DNA of 64,000 nt from Octopus sinensis (lineage: Eukaryota), in assembly GCF_006345805.1 (NCBI RefSeq), contig NC_043011.1, positions 434,001 through 498,000 on the forward strand. Reading direction: 5' to 3'. The position numbers and the translations under genes were made by a program. The notes under the pieces are model-generated. The model ran no database searches. It was not told the DNA's origin and saw nothing but the letters and a program-made list of their open reading frames with translations. This document shows positions 26,261 to 40,152 of this stretch, piece after piece. Numbering within the stretch: position 1 is the first letter of the stretch; the number at the start of each line of letters is the position of its first letter.

Positions 26261-27407
26261 GACAAGTACCTAACCAACTTAACAGGATTTAACTCAATAC
26301 GTCTATAAAAGGATTTTTGTTGGACGAAAACTGCAACTTCTGTTTTTTTTCAACTCCAAATATACGTTAAGCATGTTATATCGATTAAGTTTATGCATAC
26401 ATACATGCATACCTACATGCACATGTATGCATGAATATGTGTATGTATATTGAATTATTGGTGAAATACTGTTAATACAAACATACTTTTTACATTCGGC
26501 GAAATAGTGTTAGCTATCAAATCTCTCTCTTTTCCTCTTTCACTTCCTCTCACTTTCTCGCTCTCATACACACACACACACACACACATACACACACATA
26601 CACACGCATATAATATTAGGGAAATAATTAAATAAATACATATACATATATTATCTTGTAAGAAAATATAAATATATATAAAAATACGTAATTTTATAAT
26701 AAAAATCGAACAAAATAGAATACTATATCTTAAGATAAAAACACGAAATATCTTAACAAATATATTCTGTTAACTAAATCTTTAAACTTAATACATAGGA
26801 CTTATTATTTATAAAATTTATCTCGTTAAAAATGTGGTATAGATAAAACAAGAATAAATAGAGAGAAATATTATTTTATCTATGAAAATAAATTTCAACT
26901 TACATAAGAAAAAATAACAAACTATAATATATAATTACTAGAAAATTCAAATACAAGTAATTAAAACAAAATAAATAAATATATATAAAATACATAATAT
27001 ACATTAAGTGAAACTAAAATACTATAATTTAATCTATATACATTAAATTATTTATGTATTTATTTAATAAATATCTAGGTTAAATCTTATTCTAATTAAG
27101 TAATATATACTAAAAAAAACTTCATGCTAACTTATATACATAATACTACAACAAACTATGACTACAAGAATTAAAAATAGAAAAATGGTTCAAATATATA
27201 CACACCAATTAGTTAAACTTACTATATAATTAATTTATATATAGTAAATACAGATTTAATATTACGCTCACTTATAGAATACCAAAGTATCAATTAATAT
27301 TATAAGTATTTACTTAAATGTAATACTACATAACAAATAAAATTCCTATTAGAGAATATTTTGTCTTACAAAACTATTTCACAATGTAAATTATATGTAA
27401 TACAATA

Positions 27408-27440
<33 letters not shown>

Positions 27441-27465
27441 CACCACCACCACCACCACCACCACC

Positions 27466-27529
<64 letters not shown>

Positions 27530-27545
27530 ATAATAATAATAATAA
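27408..27545. repeat. (TAC)n(CAC)n(TAC)n(TAA)n trinucleotide microsatellite
   Basis: Direct reading. It is the source of the poly-T and poly-V pseudo-ORFs. Confidence 0.95.
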
Positions 27546-29189
27546 AATATATGTATCAAAACTAATAATTATCAAGAAATTAATATTTTTACAATAATAA
27601 GCACAAATCAATTAAAAAATTCAATAATATTGTTAAATAAATACGTTACTTATCTTAATTTAATTTTATTCGAAGTCGATAGCATTTAAATTATAATCAT
27701 TCATATTATTATCATCCATTACAGTTACCATACATTTATAAACTATATTATTCAAATTACATTATTATTAAATTTACATGTAGTGTTATCTCTACATAGG
27801 GGACATTCTGTCATCGGAGACAAATAGGGAAAATGAGAAGGGTGTAGATTAATGAAATGATGACATACAGGACAGGAGTATAGGAATAAAGCGATGAATA
27901 AAGAGAAGAAAAAAGAAGCATAAAAGTTCACAGTTCAACTTTCTGATCTTGTAGAAATAAATCCATAAGTCCTTAGGCGCAATCCTGCGTAAATCCATGT
28001 AGGTTAAAGTCCTGATAGTGTAAGTATCATGCCAACGTTCAATAACAGAATGGTAGCAGAGGTGGCTATTAAGTGGTAAAAAGAAAGAAAGTAAATAAAT
28101 AGGAAGAGAAGTAGATAGAGTGAGGGAAGAAGTTAAGGATTGGCGTTAAGGATAAAGTAAGGTATGCAAAAATATAGCGTCTAAGGATACAGTGTACAAA
28201 GATAGCCAAGAAGAGAGAGAAGGAGGAGGTAAAGGAAGATAGCGTAAAAAACAAAATAAACAAAATAGAGCAAAATGAAAGGAATTTAAAGAGAATAGTA
28301 GGAACCAGTAGTATTCTTCTAGTCTATAGAGGTTGGAGAGGAAATTTAGTAGTAAATACCTGTGTCCGTTCTGGCTATGGTTGGAGGCTGTAGGGCTATT
28401 TTTAGCAATGAGGTTATGAGTGCGCAGGTAGTCGTGAATGGAGAGACTAGTTGAATGTAAAAATTTTTAGGAGTTAGAATTAAGTATTAGGGGATTTATT
28501 AGGTTAGGGTTTAAAAATAAATTAAAGAATTGATATTTATCTTATTAAGGAATAAGGTAAGATTGATAGAAGAGATATAGAGGGGTATGCGTTAAGGATC
28601 ATGGAGGTTTGTATGTGGGTGTTATTCGTGAGGAGTGAATTTAGATTTATGAAAGAATTTGAAAGTGCAGAAGAATTTGTGTTTACACGTTGTGTTTATT
28701 AAGCAATTGTAGTGAGTTATTGGTTAAAATTTTGAGGGCTTCTTTTAAGCAGAGTCCACAAATGGAGTAATGACCTTAATATAGGATGCTAGAGTCTATT
28801 ATAGCTCAAGAAAGTCTACATTGTATTTTTCTATTAATTAGATAGTGTACGTGGCTGGTTAGTGATGTGGAATAGCTATTCTCTTTATATTTAAATGAGT
28901 TTAAATGCGCATATACTTGTTTAAAATTTGTGGTAGATACACTGTATAGGAATTATAGGAATTATTTACTATGTTGTGAACGGGGCATTACTATAAGAAG
29001 TTGAATCTTCTGCAATAGGCTTGCAGCGGGCAGTCTTTCCCAGATTTGCAGTTGCAGCTATCAGTTCTACGATGATTAATTGGAGAGAGAGATGAGGTAG
29101 CGCTGGTAGTGTAGTATTAGGTGAATCGTTCGTGATATTGCTGTTATTATTGCCCTCATTTCTAGCATCCATATCAACGCCAGCGTTAC

Positions 29190-29190
<1 letters not shown>

Positions 29191-29283
<93 letters not shown>
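29191..29283. repeat. (ATT)n microsatellite abutting the 3' end of the R4/Dong element
   Basis: About 31 ATT units. A similar tract lies at 34224-34316. Confidence 0.95.
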
Positions 29284-29284
<1 letters not shown>

Positions 29285-32200
29285 TATGTTTGACTTTTGC
29301 TTTATGTCTGTACAAGTTGGCTCCAAGTCTCACCCAGAGACCTCAAGAGACAACAGGTTGGAAGTTCTGTGCCATATATTTGGGTTTTTTTTTTTGGTGT
29401 TGTACTAGTGAATGTCTAATACATAAAAAAAAAAAAAAAAAAATAAAATAAAATAAATAAATAAAAAAAAGTTTGTTTTAAACCTTGGGATTACATAGAG
29501 AGTATTTTGCGTAGGATATGAGCAGTTCCCATGAGCACTATCTTTTGAATTTCTGCCATTTTGGGGTTTCCTGGTATCTGAGTTAGGTAGCAATTAGTCC
29601 CTTTCGCTATCATTCCCAGGGCACCTATGACAACAGGTATTGTTTTAGTCTTCAGCTTCCACATTTTGCTGATTTCTATTTCAAGATCTTTATATTTGCT
29701 CAGTTTTTGGTAGGTCTTGACAGATACGTTTATACCGATTGGGACAGTCATATCAATGAGGAGGCATGTTCTTTGTCTGAAGTCTTTCAATATGATGTCT
29801 GGCCTATTTGCATCTATCTTCCTGTCAGTTTGAATGGTGAAGTTCCAGAGGAGTGAGATGTGGTCATTTTCAAGCACTGGAGGTGGATTGTGTTCCCACC
29901 AGTTTTTTTCATGGGGCAAATCCAGGTTTTTGCAAATTACCCAGTGAATATATTGTGCAGCTCTATCATGCCTGTTGAGGTACTCTGTAGGCGCTAGAAG
30001 ACTGCATTTGGAGACAACATGATCAATGGTTTCATTTTGTTGTCGGCATACACGACATGTTGGGCTACTGCCGTTCTTTAATATGTTGGCCTGGTAGTTT
30101 CTTGTTGGTAGGCATTGATCTTGAGCTGCTATGATAAACCCCTCTGTTTCAGATTTTAAGCCAGAGGCCATTAGCCATTGGTGGGTCAGGGCTTTGTCAA
30201 TATCTGCATTATTCACTCTCTTTGGGTATTTGCCATAGAGAGGTTTTTCTTGCCATTTATTATTCAGAATATCTAAGGCCGCAGTTTTGGCACGGGTTTT
30301 CATGCGCTTAGCTTTTTCTGTGCATGTTTCTTGTATGTCTATCTCTAATTCCGAAATTGGTTGTATTCGGAATTCACCTAGATATTCCTTTGCCTGTTTT
30401 GTGACTGAGTATGATGCTTTCTTGTTTTCATGTTTTGAGACAAGTTTTAACATCTAGTCCTCAGAGTTTTTCAGGTAGGTGTCTAGGCCAATTGTAGCAA
30501 TCTTCATTGTTATTGCCAGTTGTAAAAGACCACGGCCTCCCTCTTTTCTTGGCAGATAGAGTCGTTCTGTATCTGCCTTAGGGTGGTGCATTCTATGCAT
30601 TGTCAACAGTTTCCTTATTTTTCTGTCGAGCTGACATATTTCAGTAATTGACCAGTTAACAATATTGAAACTGTAAGTCACGACTGGTATAGCTAATGCA
30701 TTGATCGCTTCGATCCTGTTTCTTGCATTCAGCTCTGTCTTGAGTATTGCTCTCACTCTTCGATAGCATTCTCTCCTGATCCTTTCCTTCATCTCTGAAT
30801 GCCTTATTCCGTTCCCTTCAATTACCCCTAGGTACTTGTAGCTCTCCGCTGGGTCTAGTTCTTTTATGACATTCTGCTGGTCAAGGTTAACGTTAGATGT
30901 TTCTGTCATTTTTCCTTTGATAAAGGTAGCTTTTGCACATTTATCGAGGCCGAATTGCATTCTGATGTCGTCACTGAATTGTTTGACTATCACTAGTAAG
31001 CCCTTGAGTTGTTGGTCATTTTTTGCAAAAAGCTTTAAATCATCCATGTAAATGAGATGATATTTTTATCAAACATTTTATACCCATACTGCGCATCATT
31101 GAGTAGCTTTGAGAGAGGTATTAAGGATAAACAAAAGAGGAGTGGTAACAGTGAGTCACTCTGGAAAATGCCACACGAAATTTTTACATCACCAGCATTT
31201 AGGGATTCATTGTCACTGTTCAGAGTTAGTGTGGTTCTCCATGATCTCATACTTACAGTCAAGAAGTTTCGCAGAGTAGGTGCTATCTTATACATTTCCG
31301 GGCATTTCCTAATCCAGCTATGTGGTAGGCTATCAAAAGCCTTTTTATAGTCTATCCAGGCTATTGATAAGTTTTTGTGTCGTTTGTGACAATCTTCTAA
31401 GATCATCTTATTGATGAGTAGTTGGTCTTTACAGCCGTAGGATCCACGTTTACATCCTTTCTGTTCATTAGGGAATATGCTGTTGTCTGTTAAAAAACTA
31501 TAGGTATATTCCGTCAGGACAGATGTTAGCGTTTTGTACATAGTTGTTAAGCAGGTTATGGGTCTATAGTTTTTTGGTTCATTTGTTTCTTCACTTTTTG
31601 GAAGCAGGAATGTTAACCCATTAACTAGCCAAGGAGGCATCCTACTAGGGTGTTGCAAAACATCATTGTACAGTTCTGTTAGCAGTTCATGGCTCTCTGG
31701 GAAGGAATTCAGCCAGAAGTTAGGAAGTTTATCCTTTCCTGGAGACTTCCATTTGCTTGACCTCCTGAGAGCAGATCTTATATCTTCTACCTTGACACCC
31801 TCCCACTTTTGCTCTTCTAAGGGGTTCAGTTCTGTAGATATTCTGTCAATCCAGGGGGCCTTTTCGTTGTGTGTTTTTTCTTCTGCCCAGATTTTATTCC
31901 AAAATCCCTGCACTTCTTCTTTTGATGGTACAGACCTTGCAGTAAACGCTGTTTTTCCTATCTTCCTGTAAAATTCTTGGTGTTATTTTTGAACATGTTG
32001 TTGTCCTTGAAAAATCTAACACGCTTTTCATACCTCGCTATGCGGGCAGCTTTGGCAGATACCTTTTGTTTGATGGTTTCTATGGTGGCATCAATATCAA
32101 GTATAGTTTTCATATTGTAATTTTTCAGTAATTTTTGGGTTTTTGTAGGTTTGGTAGTCTTGTGAGCCTTAAGGTTTTTCAAATATTCAATGTCAGATCT

Positions 32201-33330
32201 AAATATTTTAATTTGTTATTGCAGACGCTCTTGCCAAGAAGGCTTTTTGTGGGAATGTTGCCGTTTTCTAATCTTCACACCACATAGGATCGTTGAGATT
32301 TTCGCGGATGCATAGTATAGGTGGTTGAGGTTTGTGATATCAACATCATTAGCTGAAATTATATCCTGAAGTACAATTATTTTCATGTTTTGGTTAGAGT
32401 TGCGGATTTTAGGAAGTGTATCACGTTCATCCATGCTGGTTTCTTTAATTTTCAGCCATTCAATCATGATTTGATTTTTTAGCTCATGTAGTTCTGTTGG
32501 GTCAATATTTGTGTGACTTTCTTTATCTATTTGATGCTCATCTGTCTTAGTGTTTATGATTGGTTCAGGGAGTATTTCACTTTGCCTATCACTTATACTA
32601 ACTCTTTCAATCCTCACTTCGTTTTTATCAGCCCTGGGCTGGTCTATAATTATTTCCTCTGTATTATCTTCTCTAGCTGCAGCTTCGTTCATTTTATCCG
32701 ATATTGCTTGTCTAACTTGATCAATCTCTACTTCAGTCAGTAATTTCTTTTTTATAATGTTTCTTCTGACGTTGGCAAGTTTGTTACTGTCTATGTAGGG
32801 TCTTACTTTAGGGTGTTTCTGTCTCCAGTTTAAGTATGCTTGTACAGTGTTAGATTTATCTGTGGGGAAATATATGGCATGGTAGAAGGCCTCAAGAACT
32901 TCTTTATTATCTTCCTAGACCATTTTTCCTTCTTTTTCTTTTGATTATTTGGTGATGAGTATGGATGGCCATCTGTTGGAATATTCCGGTTGTGGGGTAC
33001 GTCCAGCTCCTGTGTGTTGGGAAGATTTGATCCAGTAGCTGATTTTTCAATCAGAATTTGGTTCAATTTTCGGGTACGTGGTCTTTTGTAATCCGCGTAA
33101 CGACCAATGCGGTTTATTGTTTGATTTGTTGGCCTTGAAGCGTGACGAGCTTCCATTCTTATATTAGGAGATGGATCTGTCAGTTTAGGGTTCACTACAT
33201 GTAAGCATTGCTCATAGCGCCGCTTCTTAAGACTAGCAGATCTATATTCGTCTGTATTTTTTTTGTTGATAGTTTTATCTCCGAACATTTTTTTTTCTCC
33301 TCTTCCTTTCTTCAAGGCTCACTCTGCCTG
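29284..33330 (-). mobile_element. Near full-length R4/Dong-clade non-LTR retrotransposon (RT + CCHC + REL endonuclease), disrupted
   Basis: WKSPGKDKLPNFW, NYRPITCL, EQKGC, WIDYKKAFDS, GIFQSDSL.PLLF, MDDLKLF, YKYLG, EGGRGL, CRVCRQQNETIDHVVSKC, RHD, RPDIIL..LLIDMTVP..KLSKY. Spread over ORFs 32830-33315, 32216-32692, 31958-32182, 31035-31913, 30454-31047 and 29491-30453. The 5' boundary is approximate. Confidence 0.93.
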
Positions 33331-34222
33331 TATTAGTTCGAAATAATGAGAATAAAATACGGAGAAGGAAAAGAAAAAAAGGGAAAAAGACGGGATCTGT
33401 CAGTTATTGTTATTACTATCACCTTCACCACCATCACCATTATCAGCAACATCACCATCACCATCATCAGCAACATCACCATCACCATCATCATCATCAA
33501 TGACATTGTTTTATGTGTAGCCACAGCCACTATCAACACTCCTACTGTCATTGTGTGGGAGAATGGTTGGTTAAAGAATTCATGTTCTTTGGGTCTATAA
33601 ATAGATTCGGCCGATGGTAGAGACAAAGGACGTTAATGGTCAGTAAAAGGTCAAGCCTGTTTACATTTATTTATTTTATTTTATTTATTTATTTTTTTTT
33701 TCTTTCTCTTTTCTTCCTCTCCACAAACATATGTATATGTATATGTATACTCACTCACACATATTATCTGATATTTACGTCGATGATTTTTTTTTAATAA
33801 AAAACTTTCTGAGTTCAATGTTATGTATATAATTTTTAAATTTCTGAATTTAGTTGTATGTATATATTAGTAGGTGCTTAATTCCATAACTTTTTATCGT
33901 GCATTTAATTGTGTTGTTACAATAAAAGGTAATTTAAAAGGCAATTTTACACATTCTTATAGTCATGAGAGACGACTAAATGTAAATGTTCACACAGAAT
34001 TGGAGATATTTATGATTCTAATTTTTCTTGTTAGGTGTACGTTTGTATGAGCTGTAGATATGTAAGATTTTTAACTTATTTTGAGGGCAATTCAAATTAC
34101 TCACAGAAAACAGTAGATCTTCCAGTTTTCTACAGTTGTTTTTTTTCAGTTGTCCTGCTGGGTTCGCTGTTGCCAGTTCAGAGCATCGTAAAAATACGTC
34201 CATCCTCTGTCACGTCCAGCCG

Positions 34223-34317
<95 letters not shown>

Positions 34318-34639
34318 CGTTATCGGCATCGCTATTATAATTATCATTATTACTACTAGTAGTAGCAGTAGTAGTAGCAGCGGCAGTAGTAGCATTATTG
34401 GTAGTAGTGTTAGTATTAGCAGTTGTAGTGGAGGTGGTATTTGTGAAGTTATTATTGCAACCATTAGTAGTAGTGTTTGTGGTAGGAGTGTTAGTAGTAA
34501 TATTATTTTCAGTAATGTTAATATTGTTAATAGTGTTGGAGCTAGTATTAATATTATTGCTAGCCCTATTAGTAGTTGAAGTATATGTATTATTCGTTGC
34601 AGTGTTTATAATATAGTTAGTATTGTTAGTATCACCATA

Positions 34640-35590
34640 CTTACTAGTGTTTGCGTCGGTTTCAGCTGTGCCCCCGTTACCGTCATATTATGTATGTTTA
34701 AGTTATTTAAAGTGGTCAGGCCAGGGGTATTAGATATGTTTTTGCGATCGGTGTTAGTGTTTTCGTTGTGTGGGTCTGTGATAGGGTTGTATGTATTTAG
34801 ATAGTAGGAGCTAAGTTTACGTTTGTTAGATGAGACGATAATAGATTCTATATTTGTTGCAGATGAATAGGATAATTTCAAAGTGGATCTGTTAAAGATA
34901 GACTGGTACTTGAGAAATTATATTCTAATTTTTTTAAGGAATTCTTTAGCGAGGACCTTAACGTTTAAAGCGAATGGAGGTGTACACCAGAGAATAGATC
35001 TCCCGCCGCTTTTGTTAGGCAAGTTTGGGAAGGTGTAATTCCTAGTGAATGTTAGAAGAGAGTTGGAAGATTTAGTTTTAGTATTAGTGTTCTACGTGTT
35101 GATGCTAGGTGGGCGAGTTTGTCTAACAGTAGTAGAAGGGTTTGAATTTCCAATATTTATGTGCGTTTGTCTAGGGATAAGTTTAGAGAGGTGTTCCTTA
35201 AGTCTAGTGTTGGATATAAATCTAATCTTCTGGGAGAAACCACTAGCAGCTAGAGCTTGGTTGTAGTAATTGGCGTAGTTATTGAAGATTTCCTCAGTGG
35301 CGGATAGATCTAATGTGACATCTAGAAAATGTGCTGCCATGTAAGAGTATTCAAAAGAGATATATAGGTTGAAGTTGTGAGGAATTTATGTAAGAGTTTT
35401 CTAGTTTTTTCTAATGCAGATTTTGTTAGGCTAGTTGCAATTAATAATGCATCATCTCTATATAAACCTCCTTTGATGTGGAGGAATTGTATGTGGAGCT
35501 GTTGAAGGAGGTACAATCCGACTAAATCCGTTACCTGAACAGAGTCGTATGAACCCATGGTTATATAAAAGAAGTTGTTTCTTATTACGG
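34640..35590 (-). mobile_element. Degenerate Penelope-like RT/linker fragment
   Basis: TMGSYDSVQVTDLVGLYLL..IKGGLYRDDALL, HFLDVTLDLS, YYNQALAASGF, ILWCTPPF and LKLSYS. Confidence 0.85.
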
Positions 35591-35609
35591 AAGAAAGAGC
35601 ACAATATCT

Positions 35610-37200
35610 TTTTTCCTCTTCCTCCCGGCAACTGATCATTACTCATCACTTACCTCGGTAGATGTGGACGGTCTAGCTTCCTCCGGCTCGCAATTCTCCT
35701 TCTCTACTGTCTTCTCCGCCTCTCCCTGCTTCACTTCCTCCTCATCTGGAGCTTCCTCGTTAGGCTTCTCTTGCTGTTCCATTTGTTCATGCTGTTTTTT
35801 TTCGTGCTTCATGTTGAAGGGTCTGGGGGCACGTTTTCCTTATGTGCCACTTCAGTCTGCACTCGAAACATCTTGCAATTCTGCCTTGTACTGAGTCTCA
35901 GTTTTTTCTCACCCGGCAGAATTATAAATTCTGCAATTTGCTCCAGTTCATCTGGTGTGGATTGAATTGTCGCCTGAAAACTCTTTCCACTCCAGTTCTG
36001 TACATTTTTCACCTCGAACTCCAGCAGTGTCAACTCCCCCTTGATATTGGAGAAAGCAGCTGCTAGAAGCCACGCCGGTCTAATTTCAGGTGGATAACCT
36101 TCTATTGCGATTTTTGTGGTTCTTTTGTGGACGGCAACGGAGTCAGCTCATTCGTCTGCAAGGTGATCGCGGAATCATCTCTAGCGACATTTTTTGCAAG
36201 AATTGCACCTCCATAGTACCGAATTTCTTTCCTCTTTTCATATATGCCAACTTGAACAAAATAAGCTTTAGGGCCTTTTCAGTTTCTTCGGTAGACGCTA
36301 TCTCTATTTTCTTTGTTTTAAGACACAGCGATCTATAAATTATCGTTCTTCTTGTTTCCTCCATGACATCCTTGCAGGGCCCAACCTAACCTTTGCTCCC
36401 TCTCCCCGCAGAATTGGTTGAAATATGTCCACGGATTCTAGCCTAATCTTGTATCTTCTTCGCTTACCTACCGCTACCGCATAATCTTCCACACTTTCTT
36501 CTGAGTCGCTTTCGTACTGCGAGTCGGCAATCTTCATGAGTTCCGTTACGACATACAAATAACCAGTCATTTTGTGCGGGCACAATTCTCACACAAACGC
36601 AAACAATTCACCCCAAACAGAGGAACAACAAGAGAACCAAGCCCGTTCAGGCGAACTTGTCAAAAGACAGTTTTTGAACACGAGGTAGTTCCAAGAGGAA
36701 CAACTGTAACAGGACAAAACAAGGATCTTTTCGGTTTGAACGGCAGTTTTTAACATAATTTCTAGGTAATTAAAAAATTTTAAACTTCGTATACTGGTAG
36801 AATGTGTTTATAAAACATCTTTTTCTCTTGGCTTTATTGAGAAAATTCTATAGTTTGTAAGATATTTGTTGTTCTTTTTCTTCAATTTCTGCAATTTCAA
36901 ACAGTCACTGGCGTCTATTGAGGTAAAAAAAACATTCTGTGTCGTATGAATATGTCCCTCGTTTAAGAACCAGATTGGGTTTATTTACATTTGTGAAGAA
37001 AAAAGATACCCTTTCCCCCACCCCTAACCCTAACCCTAAAACAAATTGAAATGCAATAGATCGATACTAGGGTCATAATTATGGGTGACAATTTCATATG
37101 AAACCGCTAGAAAAAACTGCCGTTCAAACCGAAAAGATCCCAAAACAAAAACTTCACTAATAAATAACCAACCGCAACACAAAGACGTACCTCGAAGACT
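35610..37200 (-). mobile_element. ORF1-only retroelement, copy A (3'-truncated, MITE in 5' UTR)
   Basis: Frameshifted ORF1-like coding region 36585 to 35610 with CFECRLKWHIRKTC (CX2CX4HX4C, 35829-35870). Homologous to 38070-40152 and 40153-41135. Confidence 0.75.
36723..37140. mobile_element. TTAGGG-bearing MITE, copy 1
   Basis: TIR ggatcttttcggtttgaacggcagttttt. TSD caaaacaa at 36715-36722 and 37141-37148. Confidence 0.95.
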
Positions 37201-38069
37201 TAATTATTTATTAACCACAAAGAGTCGAAACACAGAGGGGACAACAAAAGAACAGACAAAACACAAAAGTGGAAAAAAAAATTAAAATCGAATGAAAAGA
37301 ATGTTAATGATAAAAAAAAATTGAATGACTTCTACACGTACTTCACACTCCAGTTAACGTGATTGAACGTTTTTATCAAATTTTTTAACAAGTGTTACTT
37401 TTTTTGCCTCTTTGTTCTTGCTGTGTGTTGCTCATGTTGTATACTAGCGTTCTTTTTTGGGGGTATCTTTTGTTTTCCAGCCTGTGTTTGTACTGTCTTT
37501 TGTCTGCGTTCGAATCTGTTCTTGTGCGTTCGTTTTTGACGTTTTTTTTTTATATTTTCGGTTTGAACGGCAGCTTTTTTCTAGCGGTGTCATATGAAAT
37601 TGTCACCCATAATTATGACCCTAGTATCGATCTATTGCATTTCTATCTGTTTTAGGGTTAGGGTTTGTTAGGGTTAATTAGGGTTAGGGTGGGGGAAGGA
37701 TATCTTTTTTTCTTCACAAATGTAAATAAACCCAATCTGTTTCTTAAACGAGGGGCATATTCACACGGCACAGAATGTTTTCACCTCAATAGACGGTCAT
37801 TGATTGGTTGAAATTGCCGAAATGCAAGAAATTAAAGACCAAATATCTTACAAACTATAGAATTTTCTCAATGAAGCCAAGAGAAAAAGAGGTTTCATAA
37901 ACACATTCTACCAGTATACGAAGTTTAAAATTTTTTAATTACCTAGAAATTATGTTAAAAACTGCCGTTCAAACCGAAAATATCCCTTTTTTTAATTTAT
38001 TAATTTTATTTTTGTCTCTTTGCCCTTGGTGTCAGTAGTTGGTGTTCTATATTCAGTATTCTTTCTTTG
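37201..38069 (-). mobile_element. 3' fragment of the ORF1-only element (copy D), interrupted by a MITE
   Basis: Contains the same 3' tail (37203-37270) and the ttgctgtgtgttgct repeat region as copies B and C. Confidence 0.65.
37550..37985. mobile_element. TTAGGG-bearing MITE, copy 2
   Basis: Same body. TIR variant atattttcggtttgaacggcag / ctgccgttcaaaccgaaaatatcc, inserted in a poly-T tract. The left GG is mutated. Confidence 0.9.
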
Positions 38070-40152
38070 GGTATCTTTTATTAACCACAGAGGGGACAGC
38101 ACAAAGACAGACAAAACACAAGAGGAAAAAAATAAAATCGAATGAGAAGGTGGAACGACGTCAACTTGAACTCCACACTTCAGATAACGTCAGTGAACAT
38201 TTTTAGAAAAAATGTTTTAAACAGAGATTTTATGTTTGTCTCTTAGTCTTGCTGTCAGTTTCTTGTGTTGCATATTCAGTGTTATTTTTTGGAGTATTTT
38301 TTTGCTGTCTGTATTTGTAATGTTTTTGTCTGCGTTCTTGTGCGTTTATTTTCGTCTCTTTATCCTTGCTGTGTGTTGCTTGTGGTGTATATTCACTAAT
38401 CTTTTTTGGAATCTTTTTCCTTTTTGCTGTCTGCGTTGGTATCTGTTCTTGTGCATTCGTTTTAAAGCTTTTTGTGTTTGTTGGAGGAAGAGAACGAAAA
38501 CTCTTTTACTCTTCCTCCCTGCAACTGACCATTCCTCATCATTTACCTCGGTAGATGTGGACGGTCCAGCTTTCCCCGGCGCTAAATTCTCCTTCTCTAC
38601 TGTCTTCTCCGCCTCTTCCTGCTTCTCTTCCTCTTCACCTGGAGCATCCTCGTTAGGCTTCTCTTGCTGTTCCATTTGTTCATGCTGATTTTTTTTCGTG
38701 CTTCAGGTTGAAGGGTCTGGGGGCACATTTTCCTTATGTGCCACTTCAGTCCATACTCGAAACATCTTGCAATTCTGCCCTGTACTGAGTCTCAGTTTTT
38801 TCTCACCCGGCAGATTTATAAATTCTGCAATTTGCTCCAGTTCGTCTGGTGTGGATTGAATTGTCGCCTGAAAACTCTTTCCACGCCAGTTCTGTACATT
38901 TTTCACCTCGAACTCCAGCAGTGTCACCTCCTTGATATTGGAGAAAGCAGCTGCCATAAGCCATGCCAGTCTCATTTTAGGTGGATAACCTTCTACTGCG
39001 ATTTTTGTGGTTCTTTTGCCAAGATATGACGGCAAAAGAGTCAGCTCATTCGTCTGCAGGGTGATCGTAGAATCATCTCTAGCGACGTTTTTTTTTGCAA
39101 GAATTGCACCTCCATAGTACCGAATTTCTTTCCTCTTTTCATATATGCCAACTTGAACAAAATAAGCTTTAGGGTCTTTTCAGTTTCTCAGGTAGACGCT
39201 ATCTCTATTTTCTTTGTTTTAAGACACAGCGATCTATAATTTATCGTTCTTCTTGTTTCCTTCATGACTTCCTTGCGGGGAGTCAACTTCACCTTTACTC
39301 CCTCTCCCCGCAGAACTGTTTGAAAAATTTCCACGGACTCTGTCCTGATCTTGTATCTTCTTCGCTTACCGCATAATGTTCGACATCTCCTTCTGAGTCG
39401 CGGATCTTTTCGGTTTGAATGGCAATTTTTTCTAGCGGTATCATATGAAATTGTCACCTATAATTATGACCCTAGAATCGATCTATTGCATTTCTATCTC
39501 TTTTAGGGTTAGGGTTAGTTAGGGGTGGGGGAAGGGTATATTTTTTCTTCACAAATGTAAATAAACCCAATCTGTTTCTCAAACGAGGGACATATTCATA
39601 CGGCACAGGATGCTTTTTCACTCATATTCATACGGCACAGGATGCTTTTTCACTCATATTCATACGGCACAGGATGCTTTTTCACTCAATAGACGTCACT
39701 GATTGGTTGAAATTGCAGAAATTGAAGAAAAAACAACAAATATCTTACAAACTGTAGAATTTTCTCAATAAAGCCAAGAGAAAAAGATGTTTTATAAACA
39801 CATTCTACCAGTATACGAAGTTTAAAAGTGTTTTGTCACGTGGAAAGTATTTTAAAAAACTGCCGTTCAAACCGAAAAGATCCTGAGTCGCTTTCGTACT
39901 GCGAGTCGGCACTCTCCATGAGCTCTGCCCTAGTCATTTTGTGCGGGCACAATTCCCACACAAAACGTAAACAAGTCGCCCCTAACGGGGAACAGGGGAG
40001 AAAGCCTAGCCTGTTCAGGCGAACAATGTATTAAAAGACACTTATAGTTTTTAAATACAAGGTAGTCCCAAAAGGGAACAACTGCAACAACACGACGTCA
40101 AACAACTAATAAATAACCAACCGAAACACACAGGCGTACCTCGCCGACTGCT
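38070..40152 (-). mobile_element. ORF1-only retroelement, copy B (apparently full length, MITE inserted)
   Basis: 5' UTR 40152-39940, then ORF1-like pieces (39188-39457, 38703-39035, 38346-38675), then 3' tail ...gtcccctctgtggttAATAAA at 38072-38120. No endonuclease or RT lies between ORF and tail. Confidence 0.78.
39402..39883. mobile_element. TTAGGG-bearing MITE, copy 3 (internal 32-bp triplication at 39591-39686)
   Basis: Perfect TSD tgagtcgc at 39394-39401 and 39884-39891. Confidence 0.95.
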
